DNA of 62,847 bases, counting the filler, from Stramenopiles sp. TOSAG23-2 (lineage: Eukaryota): assembly GCA_900128395.1 (NCBI GenBank). It is 14 parts of 14 records of this genome, joined end to end, with 100 filler letters (N's around TTAATTAATTAA, not from the genome) between each part and the next. Parts side by side here need not be neighbours in the genome. Positions count along the whole stretch, not along the records: positions 1 to 4,941 come from LT650774.1; positions 5,042 to 9,980 come from LT650775.1; positions 10,081 to 15,019 come from LT650776.1; 11 more parts are not named here. One strand, written 5' to 3'. The number at the start of each line of letters is the position of its first letter. The stretch's first letter is position 1. The position numbers and the translations under genes are program-made. The notes under the pieces were generated by a model. It worked only from the letters and a program-made list of their open reading frames with translations. It made no database searches and was not told where the DNA came from. Below are positions 1 to 10,989 of the stretch, one piece after another.

Positions 1-1051
1 GGTGTTTTTGCCATATTTGTTTGTTTTGTTTGAATTTGTTTATAAAATATATTTTAAAATAACTGTTGTGTATATATGTATTAATGTTAGTATGTTTTTG
101 TTGGTAGTATTGTATGTATATATGGTTGTTTGCTTGGAAATAGCCGTGGATGGGAGGAAAGAGAAAAGTGGAATGGTATCTCCGACATTCAAATTTTCAA
201 CAATATTGTTGTTTCTTTCTTATGAAAGAACTTTCTTTTAAATGTATATTTCCATTTATGTATGTATATATATATATATATATAGGTAGTAGAAGAAAGA
301 AATATCCATCTGAATTAGTTTCCCTATTAAAATTTATACATGTATGTATTAAATATATTTCTCATACATCATTGGTTTCCAAAAAAACCTCCGTATAACT
401 ACTCTATATTTCTGGGATTTTCAAACTAATTGTCTAATTAAACTTTAGATAGAACAATCATTCAACGTATAAGATAGAAATCATTTATCGTGTATCTACT
501 TTTCCTGCACGTGCGCAAAAAAAATAGAAATACTGATAAAAGTATATCAATTATACTTACAGTTCACTAATGTTTAGTTGTTTGTTTTTTTAATCTATTT
601 CTACTCTCTGTTAAACACGTCTATGTTCTATATATTCATCCTTTTTAACTTATATATATTCGAGGATGTGTTACTATTTATTGTCAATAATGATCGTCTA
701 TTGGGATATTGTTTTGTATTGTTATATGTTTATAAATAATATATTTTAATAATATATTTGTATACAATAAATCAACCCCTACACACATCGATGCGGCTGT
801 CCCATTATCACTTCACCAAAAAGGTAGTTTTAACGACATTAGCATGGTATAGCATTATATTGGTGGTCTTTGCCCGCGAAGAAATGGTGCCATAGCATGG
901 ACATACCATTAATTCTCTTCAAAAAAGTAGATATTTAAAATTCAAATATAATAAAAATCGATTTTTTAACAGTCTGGGAGTGTTTACTTGCTGTGTCTAT
1001 ACTAATTGGAAAAGATTTAGTGCTAGTCTCATGTATTTGAGTGTAGAAGCG

Positions 1052-1325
1052 TATTCTAATTTACCTTTCAAGTATGTATAATGTGTCATTTGATACGTGA
1101 AAATTGAAGAGATGAGATGTTGAGTATTCTAATTTCCCTTTCAAGTATATATTATGTGTCATTTGATAGGTGAAAATTGAAGAGATGAGATTTTGAGGAT
1201 TCTAATTTACCTTTCAAGTATAAATTATGTGTCCTTTGATAGGTGAAAATTGAGGAGATGAGACGTTGAGTATTCTAATTTACCTTTCAAGTATATATTA
1301 TGTGTCATTTGATAGGTGAAAATCG
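1052..1325. repeat. 73-bp minisatellite, about 3.8 diverged copies
   Basis: Unit TATTCTAATTTACCTTTCAAGTAT...GAAAATTGAAGAGATGAGA..TTGAG starts at 1052, 1125, 1198 and 1271, with a few substitutions per copy. It is non-coding and has no unique spacers. Confidence 0.95.
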
Positions 1326-1576
1326 AGTGATAAAACTGACTATTTAGAGTCCGAGAGGAATAATAATATCCGATAATTAGTAATTAAAAAATATCATTTA
1401 ATACTTCCTTGATGATTATTTTTAGATGATACAAATTCCTGAAATGTTGTTGATTTTTTTGAATGCTAAATCCATCAGCTCACGAGCCATTTACAACTAA
1501 GCTATTATCCTATGTGGTTCAAAAAACCTAGTAAGGCTGGTTCACACAGTATTCACCTGACCTCCTTTTGTGCTGT

Positions 1577-1810
1577 CCCGGCAGATTATTAAATCGGAAC
1601 CAATGGGACCGAAAATATTAGCATAGGAATAGCATTCGATAGAGTTGAAGAGTAGGGTTCAAGGGGAACGAAATTGGATCAAAATATGCCTATTATTGAT
1701 ATTATTAACGTACAAATATCCGATTATTATTTTGTAAAATGCTGTATCTTTCATCTTATTTATTTTTAAAAATGAAATAATAAAATCCTTTTTTGAAATT
1801 CATTTTTTGA
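1577..1810. mobile_element. Dispersed MITE-like repeat, copy 1
   Basis: 1577-1614 matches 9639-9676 directly. 1617-1810 matches 9697-9905 in reverse complement, with scattered substitutions and indels. Confidence 0.7.
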
Positions 1811-2274
1811 ACCTAACCAGCTGCTAACCTCATCACATCATCAAAAAAGATATTATATCCCATATATATATATTATTATTACATATGTTTAAATGTGTAG
1901 GAAGGAGAATGAATGTGAATGAGATGATGTGTGATAACGAAATGCAATTTTATTAAATTTTCTTTCTTCATTTTTTTTTATTTAATCAAAAAAAACAAAT
2001 TGTGATCATTAGTTTCACACCGTATTATATATATACAAACACAATTCAAACGACAAAAAATCATTCCCTCATTCTTCTTCTTCGTTCGGGTGGTGTTTTT
2101 TCATCAACATATATATACTCTAATAAATTAATTAAAAAAATTGTGAATTTATAATTTTTTTATTAAATTTTATATATTATATATAAAACAATTTCACAAA
2201 TTTATAAAATATCCAATTAGCGATATATACATACAGAAATATAATAATACAAAATATATCATTTTTAACATAGA

Positions 2275-4482
2275 ATGATAAAATATTTGAACATAATCAC
2301 AACAATAATAACAATAATAATAATAGTAATATCAACATCCACATTAAGAACAACAAAAGCAAATACTATTCATCAAAACAACAACAAACAACATGGAAAT
2401 AATTATAATAATTACATGCCAACAATAGCAGATATTGAAAATGTAAATAATATCTTTAAAAATAGTAAAACATACCAAGAGTTTAAGAAACAACAACAAT
2501 ATAAACATAACAACGACCCAAAACAACGACAACAACAACGACGACGTATGACTACATCAAAGCCTGCTACTATTGATCCAAATTTCATTGCATCAATAGG
2601 AAAAAAATATTTTACCGATGCAAAAACTGGTGGTGTCATATCTATAGCATATAAAAATAATCCAAAATTTTGTCAAGGATTTGGATTAGCAAATAAAGCA
2701 AGAAATGAATCGATGACATGTAATCATTTAATGCAAATTGCATCGAATACGAAAGCTATTACATCTTTATTATCATTAGTTGCATCTAAAAAAAAAGCAA
2801 TTGATTTAGATGAACCAATACGAATTAATTATCCATTATTTAATCCAACATCACATTCATCTGGATCCAATGCTGCTGATTCATTAACAATGCGTGATTT
2901 ATTAAATCATCGTACTGGTATGCCACGTCATGATAATTTATGGCAACAACCATTTAGTCCAAGAAGTGGAAAAATAACACGTAAAGAAATTATTGAATCT
3001 ATCCAATTTTTAGAAATGTCAAGACCACAACGTATTATTGCAGAATATAATAATGTAATGTATACCGTAGCAGGTGCAGCAACCGCAAATGGAATGAATA
3101 TATTGAAACAAAAACAACAACAAAAACAACAACAAGAAGAACAAGAAATCGAAGAAATAGTTGAAGTTGAAAATTTGAACAATGATAATATTAATAATAA
3201 TGTACAACAAAACGATAATAATAATAACAATAACAACGACAACAATGGCTTATTATGGGAAGATTATTTAGAAACAGAAATTTTGCAACCATTTGGAATG
3301 ACAGAAGGTACATATTCAACATTTGGTCGTGTACCTAAAAGTGAAATGAGCAAATTTGCAACACCATATAATAAAGATAAACTTATTATAGATCCAAAAA
3401 CAGGACAACCAAGTCATTGGGAACGATCGACAACTGTTATGGAATTTTTAAATGGTGATTGTGTAGGACCATCAATGAGTGTAGTATCAAATGGGAATGA
3501 TATGTATCAATATTTACATAATTTATTACACGTATTCAATCCATATTCATCATCATATACTGGAGATCCAAAAATTGATATCGATGTATATGAATTATTA
3601 ACTTCCCAAGCAGTCTATAGTTATGATATGGACACTGGATTTGGAAAAGGACAAACATATTCATATGGATGGTCCAAAGTAAATTTTAATAATGAAAATA
3701 TTTTTTTTCATGGTGGTGCTATGTATGGTTTTTCATCATTTATATTATTAATACCAGATCTTGAATTTGGTATTTTTGCGATTGATAATAAATACAATGG
3801 TGCTGCTAATGTAGTATTCGCTATTCGAGAAATTATTAATACTATTTTTTTTAATAATGATAATACTGGTGAATTACATCAACGTATGTTGTTAGAATCA
3901 AGTGAATTATTCAATAATAATAATAATAATAATAATAGTAATAATAATAGAATAATAATGGAAGAGGGGGAAGAAGAAGAAAATGGTAATCATAATAATC
4001 CAATTGCTGGTCGACAACAACGACGACAAAGACGACGACAACGATCAACAAGAAGAAAAAAATTATTACAAGCACCATCATCATCATTACAACGATATGT
4101 TGGCACCTATCGTCATCCAGCATATGGTGTATTTATTATTAAATTGAATACAAATCAAGATGGATTATTATATTCAAGGCCATTATCAAATGATTTAAAT
4201 TTTTATGAATTATTATATGTACGTGAACATATTTTTAAACCAAAATTACGTGAAAATACATCATTTCAATTTGGTAAATGGTTATATTTTGTTGATGATC
4301 CAAGTGGTAATATAATTTTCTTTTTATCCCAATTAGCAAATGCAAAAGATACAGGTGGGAACATAGCACCAATATCATTTATGAAACAAAGTACATCCCC
4401 ATCAAACAATCCATTACGAAATAAATGGATTGACCAGGAGTTTAGAAAATTACCATTTCAATATCCAAGAGATGATTTGTAA
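2275..4482 (+). CDS. Secreted beta-lactamase/PBP-family serine hydrolase (class C-like) with DUF3471-like C-terminal domain
   Basis: 735-aa ORF with hydrophobic N-terminal signal sequence, SxxK (SNTK), LLNHRTG, YxN (YNN) and HGG motifs. C-terminal YVGTYRHPAYG. Poly-N/Q insertions. Confidence 0.88.
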   Translation: MIKYLNIITTIITIIIIVISTSTLRTTKANTIHQNNNKQHGNNYNNYMPTIADIENVNNIFKNSKTYQEFKKQQQYKHNNDPKQRQQQRRRMTTSKPATIDPNFIASIGKKYFTDAKTGGVISIAYKNNPKFCQGFGLANKARNESMTCNHLMQIASNTKAITSLLSLVASKKKAIDLDEPIRINYPLFNPTSHSSGSNAADSLTMRDLLNHRTGMPRHDNLWQQPFSPRSGKITRKEIIESIQFLEMSRPQRIIAEYNNVMYTVAGAATANGMNILKQKQQQKQQQEEQEIEEIVEVENLNNDNINNNVQQNDNNNNNNNDNNGLLWEDYLETEILQPFGMTEGTYSTFGRVPKSEMSKFATPYNKDKLIIDPKTGQPSHWERSTTVMEFLNGDCVGPSMSVVSNGNDMYQYLHNLLHVFNPYSSSYTGDPKIDIDVYELLTSQAVYSYDMDTGFGKGQTYSYGWSKVNFNNENIFFHGGAMYGFSSFILLIPDLEFGIFAIDNKYNGAANVVFAIREIINTIFFNNDNTGELHQRMLLESSELFNNNNNNNNSNNNRIIMEEGEEEENGNHNNPIAGRQQRRQRRRQRSTRRKKLLQAPSSSLQRYVGTYRHPAYGVFIIKLNTNQDGLLYSRPLSNDLNFYELLYVREHIFKPKLRENTSFQFGKWLYFVDDPSGNIIFFLSQLANAKDTGGNIAPISFMKQSTSPSNNPLRNKWIDQEFRKLPFQYPRDDL

Positions 4483-4941
4483 ATTTTAAAACAAAACAAA
4501 GGAATATATATATATATCAATAAGATTACTGATGGCTCCACTCTGAAGAAGCAAAATTTACCCACTAATGACACTTCAGGTTCACAAAGTATAGCATCGC
4601 GAGTTAAAGGGCTACGACGACCAGCCAAAAAGAAACAAAAACAACCACAACCAGCATTTTACCGCTCTAGATTCCCCGGGATCTACACAACATAAATAAT
4701 TCTTCCGACACTCTTTCATTTTATGCAATTCTGTTTAGGTAATAGTATTAATTATTTCTGGTAATTACACACATATATAGTGAATATAACAGTGTATGAG
4801 TAAATAAAATCTTTAACTTATTTAAATAAGAGAATTTTTTATATAATACGTATATCAATATATATATATGATAAATACGGAAATCGATATAAGGAATTGC
4901 ATGAGGAACACATCAGGAATGACTCTATTCTGAGCGTCGGT

Positions 4942-5041
4942 NNNNNNNNNNNNNNNNNNNNNNNNNNNNNNNNNNNNNNNNNNNNTTAATTAATTAANNN
5001 NNNNNNNNNNNNNNNNNNNNNNNNNNNNNNNNNNNNNNNNN
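4942..5041. other. Artificial contig-joining linker N44-TTAATTAATTAA-N44 (first of 13)
   Basis: The same 100-nt linker, with stops in all six frames, also occurs at 9981-10080, 15020-15119, 20057-20156, 25093-25192, 30127-30226, 35159-35258, 40185-40284, 45198-45297, 50211-50310, 55223-55322, 60234-60333 and 61541-61640. The contigs between them decrease in length (4941 to 4911, then 1207 and 1207). Confidence 0.98.
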
Positions 5042-5474
5042 GCTATAGTGCCTATTTGTATTACTCGGTCCCTTCACACTAATGGTGTCTCCACTAATAC
5101 TCTATACTGTCTGCTGTCTGCTTCACTACTTTTAAAATGGAGCATAGGAGCATAGGAGCGTAGCGACGTATTAGATTGTATAGTATTTTGTTTGTAGTTG
5201 GTAGTACATTAAATAAAATAATATAAATCATTATTATTAAACCTGTATTTTAATATACGTCCTATCCTCATCCCTTCCACTTGTTGATACCCGCGTTTGA
5301 TCCATCTTTTTTATATTGTTGTATAGCATGGTTAAAATCTAAGTTAAATTTGTGTGCGTCTCATTTACAAGGCTTTTTTTAGTTATAATATTTAGATTTC
5401 GATTGATTTTCGATCAGCTACCCTTTTTTCTAGAGAGGATCCTCTCTACTTTTTTCATCTAGTCATCTTTCTTT

Positions 5475-8400
5475 CTATTCAACTCCTCCTTCCTTCTTCT
5501 TTTTACTATTCCTCTTCCATGGACACCCATTGTGACACAATATATGTTTAATGCTACCACTTTTCCCTTCTGGACCAAACGTTGCCAACATGGCTGGAAA
5601 CAAACCAATTGCAAATAACAAAGATATCGATATATCAAACGTAATAAATATACCAATTTTACTAAAAGGTAGCACTGGGCTAAATATCATAATAATAGAA
5701 CTTACACCGGTTGTTAACGTAGCACCAAGGACGGAGATACCCATTTCCGCCAATGCTGTCTTGGTTTTTTCATATCGTTTTAACGTCGCATCACTTTCAA
5801 CATATGCAATTGCAATGTGAACGACAAAATCAACGGAAAAACCGATACAAATGGTAACCAATATACCTTCAATTGTACCTAATTGCCATCCAACAACGAC
5901 CATAAATCCGATGCAACAAATAACGATAAAAGAAATATTTATCATTGCATATGCAGCAATTAAAATATTCATCGTTGAAAGTGTTAAAACGGCAAAAGCA
6001 ACAATGCAAGAAACGCTTGCGCCGATAAAAGAGGCGGTGTACATGATTTCTTGCGTACGCATATTGACATATAAATTCCGTATGAATTGAAACCCAACGA
6101 AATCTTCACCCGCCAGTTCATTCGCTTCTATCATTGACTTTTCTAAGTCATCTGCTATCGGACGTGCGTATATAGCTCCTTTATCCCATTTAATCGATAC
6201 ATTGTAATACAATCGATACATTGCAATATCGCCTGGTGGGTCACATTTCTCTATATCATCATTTGGACAACGCCATCGTACAAACCCCCTCCACGCCATG
6301 TGTAAATTATCAGCGCCAACCCTTAGCGTTGAAGGGTAATTCTTAATCGTTTCATAATATTCAACACAACCAGACTCGTTTGCTGGGTAATTTCCAGCAT
6401 TACAAACTAGTTTTGACGGTTGATCTGTAAATCTTGCCATTAATGTATTGAATTTCTTTTTCTCCGGCACTGGAAATGTATAATTTAATGCAATGACCCA
6501 ATCGCGAAAATGCTCCATAAAACAGTAGACACCACCTTCTTTTTTATAGACTGGGTCTGCTCTGACATGTTTGTTTTTACGGAATATGTTACACGTATCA
6601 ATGACGTGTTGTTGTGCCTTGGTTGTATATGGATTAAAATTTTCATCAAAAACAGGTTTACCAAAATCCCAGGGATTATGTGTATCCGTCCCTTCTCGAT
6701 TTACTGCTTTCATACCATTTGAACCCATACCCCATAGAAACTCCCCAACACTAAAATCTCGCTCGCCCTCGAATCTGCTCATAACGTTAATCGAACGCAT
6801 GATATTCGTTGTATTTGGAAAAACTTCCACTGTCCAATCTTTTTCTGAAGCTTTAATTTGAAACGCAAATGCAAGGAAAATACCGATCATAATTGCAAAT
6901 AAAAGGGCGATAACAGAACGAGTTTTTAAATCTTTAAACAATTTTGGTGCAAAAAAGTCATTAAAAAATATTTCAATCTTATTTCCTTTTTTCTTTCCCC
7001 CTGAATTTACTCTTTTCCCCACGCCCTCTCCATCAACAATCGGAACAATTTGTGGTTCTGGAAATATTTTACTCCAACAAGGCCATACGCTTTTACAACG
7101 TGGTTTCCATTGCTTTTTATTAGGCCATAATTTTGTATACACAACAACAACGGAGGGGTACCACGTAATGACTAAAAGGTAATTTATCAATATTATTGTT
7201 CCCATAAATATGCCAAAATTTCGAACAACGATTACAATACTAACAATGTTAATATAAAATGCAGCCGCGTCCGTTAAAGATGTAATTAACATTGCCTTTG
7301 CCGCCCTGTTCCATGCCCAGTTTAAACGCGTTTCTAAATTTTTATTAACTTCTGGGCCTTCCAGCAATGCTTGTTGCCACGCATCGATGAAAACGAATAT
7401 GTCATCCGCCCCGATACCTATGATAATAAACATTGAGGTAAAATTCAAAAAACCCATGTATGTATATTGAAATACACAACGGTATAAAAACCATGTAACA
7501 GGAAATGATATTACAACATGAAGTTGACCTAAACAACCTAAAAAAATCGATCCGGTATGGTAAATTATGTAAAATAAAACAATTAAAATGGCAATTGCTA
7601 CAATTTGTGCAGAACCCATTATGCCAGAAAGAATTTCATTGTCAATGATAAATGGGCCAACAAAAGAAATTCGTACTTTTGTTGTTTCTTTTGCATTATG
7701 CTCGTCCACCATAGGTTTAATTTCATTTATAACGTAATCGTGAAGGTCTGGCCTATAGTATTCATGCCAAAATTCATTCCAAAACGTATCTTCTTTTTCG
7801 TCTCTTTCCGCACCAGACAAACCTTTTAACTCTGCTTCAAAATCATACAATTTGTTTTTATTAATCCAATACATCAATGGTAAAATACTTCTTGAACAGG
7901 ATGTTTTTGGATTATCAATTGAATACTTCTTTTCAAAAAAAAATTTAAACATTTGTACACCTGGTGGCAATTGCTCTTTTTTACATTTGAAGGTCAAAGC
8001 CAATGATGTAAGAACGGAGTCTAAATTATTTTTAGTAAAACTACCGCCAATAGTGTGGCCATCTCCATCTGTATACGGTACGATAGCTTTGGGGTATTTT
8101 GCGCTATTGTATACACAAATTGGTGCAACAGATTTAGGGGCACACGGACCAGTTTTACTATTAGAAATGTTTCCATTGCATTCACAACAGCTTTTAAAAG
8201 GCGGGTGCAATGATTGGGATGTACTGTACCCAAACATTCGAGGAGACAATGTATATCCTAGGCAATTATTGCTCCAAAGCTCATCTTTTCTAGCACAATA
8301 TTTTTGTTGATACCGAGTCATTTTTAACAATTTATTTTCAAAATCTAAAATTTCCTGTATGTTTTCTGCATCAAAAATGTTACCACCTGCACCACCATCA

Positions 8401-9053
8401 GGTATGTGTTCTTTTCCATTTTTAACTTCATAATAAAAAGAAAATACTGTTGTGTGAAATACCTTTTTCGTTTCGTTTTCAATTTTAAGTTTATCCGCTT
8501 TATCCGCTTCCGCATCAAAATTAAATCCCGACGGACCTTTATCTCGTGTTTTTCTTTTAAGTGCAGTCTGTGCATCATAACGGTCAGCTAGATCATCCCC
8601 TTTAACATTAAACGAGTCAGGGCTGGTATCTAACTGAAATTCAATTATGCCTGTAACCAAAAAAATTAATAAAAGAAAAACCAAGAAGCAGGCAGAACCC
8701 ATTGAACAGGCAATCACTTGACACGGATTCCTTGCAATTTTTTTAATATACCATGGAATTTTGTTATTAGCTGTTTGTACACTTTCAACTATATCTGAAT
8801 ACGCATTTGGGGAAACAACATATTTTGAGGTTGTTTTATTTTCATCCAATGTAGTTATATCATACCCACTTTGCAACAATTTTTTATCAGAGGCTGATAA
8901 ATCTTTTTCTGGTGAATAATGAGTAGCTTCGTTATTCGAAGATGGTAATATCTCATCATCATTTTCTGGCTTTACATACGTTACCTCCCCGTTGCCCTGG
9001 TTGACGTAGTACTCTTTCCCTTCGTTATCTTTTATCGGGCCCACCCATACCAT
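5475..9053 (-). CDS. Dispatched/Patched-family (RND) sterol-sensing-domain membrane protein with N-terminal WW-like domain
   Basis: About 12 TM helices in two halves, with GIGADD (TM4) and GFSVD (TM10) motifs and two large Cys-containing loops. First ATG at 9053 (MVWVGP...EYYVNQGNGEVTYVKP); the ORF track extends it to a non-ATG start at 9101. Confidence 0.9.
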   Translation of the reverse strand: MVWVGPIKDNEGKEYYVNQGNGEVTYVKPENDDEILPSSNNEATHYSPEKDLSASDKKLLQSGYDITTLDENKTTSKYVVSPNAYSDIVESVQTANNKIPWYIKKIARNPCQVIACSMGSACFLVFLLLIFLVTGIIEFQLDTSPDSFNVKGDDLADRYDAQTALKRKTRDKGPSGFNFDAEADKADKLKIENETKKVFHTTVFSFYYEVKNGKEHIPDGGAGGNIFDAENIQEILDFENKLLKMTRYQQKYCARKDELWSNNCLGYTLSPRMFGYSTSQSLHPPFKSCCECNGNISNSKTGPCAPKSVAPICVYNSAKYPKAIVPYTDGDGHTIGGSFTKNNLDSVLTSLALTFKCKKEQLPPGVQMFKFFFEKKYSIDNPKTSCSRSILPLMYWINKNKLYDFEAELKGLSGAERDEKEDTFWNEFWHEYYRPDLHDYVINEIKPMVDEHNAKETTKVRISFVGPFIIDNEILSGIMGSAQIVAIAILIVLFYIIYHTGSIFLGCLGQLHVVISFPVTWFLYRCVFQYTYMGFLNFTSMFIIIGIGADDIFVFIDAWQQALLEGPEVNKNLETRLNWAWNRAAKAMLITSLTDAAAFYINIVSIVIVVRNFGIFMGTIILINYLLVITWYPSVVVVYTKLWPNKKQWKPRCKSVWPCWSKIFPEPQIVPIVDGEGVGKRVNSGGKKKGNKIEIFFNDFFAPKLFKDLKTRSVIALLFAIMIGIFLAFAFQIKASEKDWTVEVFPNTTNIMRSINVMSRFEGERDFSVGEFLWGMGSNGMKAVNREGTDTHNPWDFGKPVFDENFNPYTTKAQQHVIDTCNIFRKNKHVRADPVYKKEGGVYCFMEHFRDWVIALNYTFPVPEKKKFNTLMARFTDQPSKLVCNAGNYPANESGCVEYYETIKNYPSTLRVGADNLHMAWRGFVRWRCPNDDIEKCDPPGDIAMYRLYYNVSIKWDKGAIYARPIADDLEKSMIEANELAGEDFVGFQFIRNLYVNMRTQEIMYTASFIGASVSCIVAFAVLTLSTMNILIAAYAMINISFIVICCIGFMVVVGWQLGTIEGILVTICIGFSVDFVVHIAIAYVESDATLKRYEKTKTALAEMGISVLGATLTTGVSSIIMIFSPVLPFSKIGIFITFDISISLLFAIGLFPAMLATFGPEGKSGSIKHILCHNGCPWKRNSKKKKEGGVE

Positions 9054-9305
9054 GGTGTTTTTAGGGGTGGTGGTGGTAATTAATAAATTAAACGCTCGCA
9101 AGAAGCAATATTCCTCCTGGATACTTTATAATAGCTACACAAATATACTATTTTCTTTCTTCTCCGTTTTCCGTTAACAACATCAGGGTAAAAAAGGCTA
9201 TACAAATCTATATATATAAAAAAATTATAGCCTGGATATAGCACTAGATAAGTACTAAGTACTATACCACCTTTTATTTTTATTTCATTTTTATTATTAC
9301 CTCCT

Positions 9306-9400
9306 GGTGTATGGTGGTGGCGTGTGGTGGCGTGGTGGCGTGGTGCGTGGTGGCATGGTGGCGCTCTACTGTGGAGTGTGGTGTGTGGAGGCTGGAGGCA
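9306..9400. repeat. G-rich low-complexity (GTG/GGCGT) tract upstream of the Dispatched-like gene
   Basis: Imperfect repeats GGTGGCGTGTGGTGGCGTGGTGGCGTGGTGCGTGGTGGC in an otherwise AT-rich region. Confidence 0.75.
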
Positions 9401-9542
9401 AAGAGTCTCTTTGGTGGAGGTATGAAAAGTACGGTAAAATAATTAAGGTTTGTCATCGATACCCTTTTAGCGTAGAGAATTCTCTTTGCTATTAAGCCTG
9501 GTAAGCTACAAATGTACAAAATACTAAGAGATAGATTCGATT

Positions 9543-9905
9543 TTAAGTCGGAGCCACTGGGACCGAAATCAAGCGGAACGTAATTTTATCAAAAAATGAA
9601 TTTCAAAAAAGGATCTCGTAATAGTAATAGAAAGCCTGCCCGGCAGATTATTAAATCGGAGCCAATGAGACCGAAATCAATGGGACCCAAATTTTATCAA
9701 AAAATGAATTTCAAAAAAGGATTTTGTGATTTCATTTTTTAAAAGAAATAAGAAAAGCGATATACCATTTTACAAAATAAATTCGGATATTTATATGTTA
9801 ATAATATCAACAATCGGCATATTTTGATCCAATTTGGGTCCGCTTGAATTATGTCCGCTTGAACCCTACTCTTCAACTCTGATATAATGCTATTCCCATG
9901 CTAAT
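9543..9905. mobile_element. Dispersed MITE-like repeat, copy 2 (9639-9905), preceded by a truncated tandem copy (9543-9614)
   Basis: Homologous to 1577-1810. Contains 30-bp imperfect inverted repeats at 9677-9706 and 9818-9847 (25/30 identical by eye). Confidence 0.7.
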
Positions 9906-10989
9906 GATTTACGATTTATCAGATGTTTAATGCTCTATCTATGCTATTTAATGCTGTGTCCATCCTAAATTTCAGGTCTANNNNNNNNNNNNNNNNNNNN
10001 NNNNNNNNNNNNNNNNNNNNNNNNTTAATTAATTAANNNNNNNNNNNNNNNNNNNNNNNNNNNNNNNNNNNNNNNNNNNNCCAATTTTATTTTTCATATA
10101 TTTGTAAAAAATAGCAAATATCCGAAAATATAGAAACAATGATGATATTTTCCCCATAGTGAATAGTGTTAAGTGTACAGTTTTGACACGGGTTAGAGTA
10201 TAGCACTGCGTACGCAGTATTTAATTCATTTAATAATTCTAATAATACAGTAAGAAAAGCGCCAATCTATTTTTTGGGCAGGATCAGTATATACTTATAA
10301 GCATACTGTAATTATTTTCCTATTTGTATTACAAATATAGAGCTGCTCTCGTTGAGCAGAGCTTATACCTTTCGCCGTTGGAAACTTAAGTAGAGCTAGA
10401 ATAAATTCAAATATTTAATATAGAAATAGCATTACTAGTATACTAGAACTCTACAACTAAAAACTTAAAAAATTCAAATAATAGAATACACTATTTTTGT
10501 ACCGCAGGTTGATTTCAATAATTGATAGCATGGAAATAGTATGTAGTAAAATTTAAAATTAAACTCGCACTCCTATATTTTTACAAATTCAAATATTATA
10601 TAGTATGTCACATACAGGATAGATATGTATATATTAGAGACACAGTGATATAGATACAGACAAACAGATCAGATAGATACTTGCAGTGAAGATATTTAGA
10701 GCCGAGAAAAGGTAAATTTCATTACTACATAATCAAGAAATCATATTGATTAGTCGGTAACTTTTATTCCCTTCCGAATTATATTAGAACAACTGTTATC
10801 ACCTACATTTGCTTCGTTTAATTTTCTTGTGGTTGATATACGCATCATTTGAAAAAGCAAATAGAAGATTTTAAGTTGTATTTCTCGTGTGTGGTTTTAT
10901 TGTTTTTTTTTCCCTTTTTTCTATAGCATCATAAAAACTATCAATTAAACATATACATACTGTTTAAAGTTCATTCTATTTGAAATACG

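Noticed and set aside
2..398. Short hydrophobic ORFs at the window start
   Set aside because: AT-rich intergenic composition. Only a possible minus-strand start (ATG GCA AAA ACA at 13) is visible, too little to call.
1052..1325. CRISPR-like array
   Set aside because: The whole 73-bp unit repeats with no unique spacers, there are no cas genes, and the context is eukaryotic.
9280..9519. His/Thr-rich or Gly/Val-rich short ORFs over the G-rich tract
   Set aside because: Translation of simple-sequence DNA. The G-runs are mostly only two long, so it is not a strong G-quadruplex candidate either.
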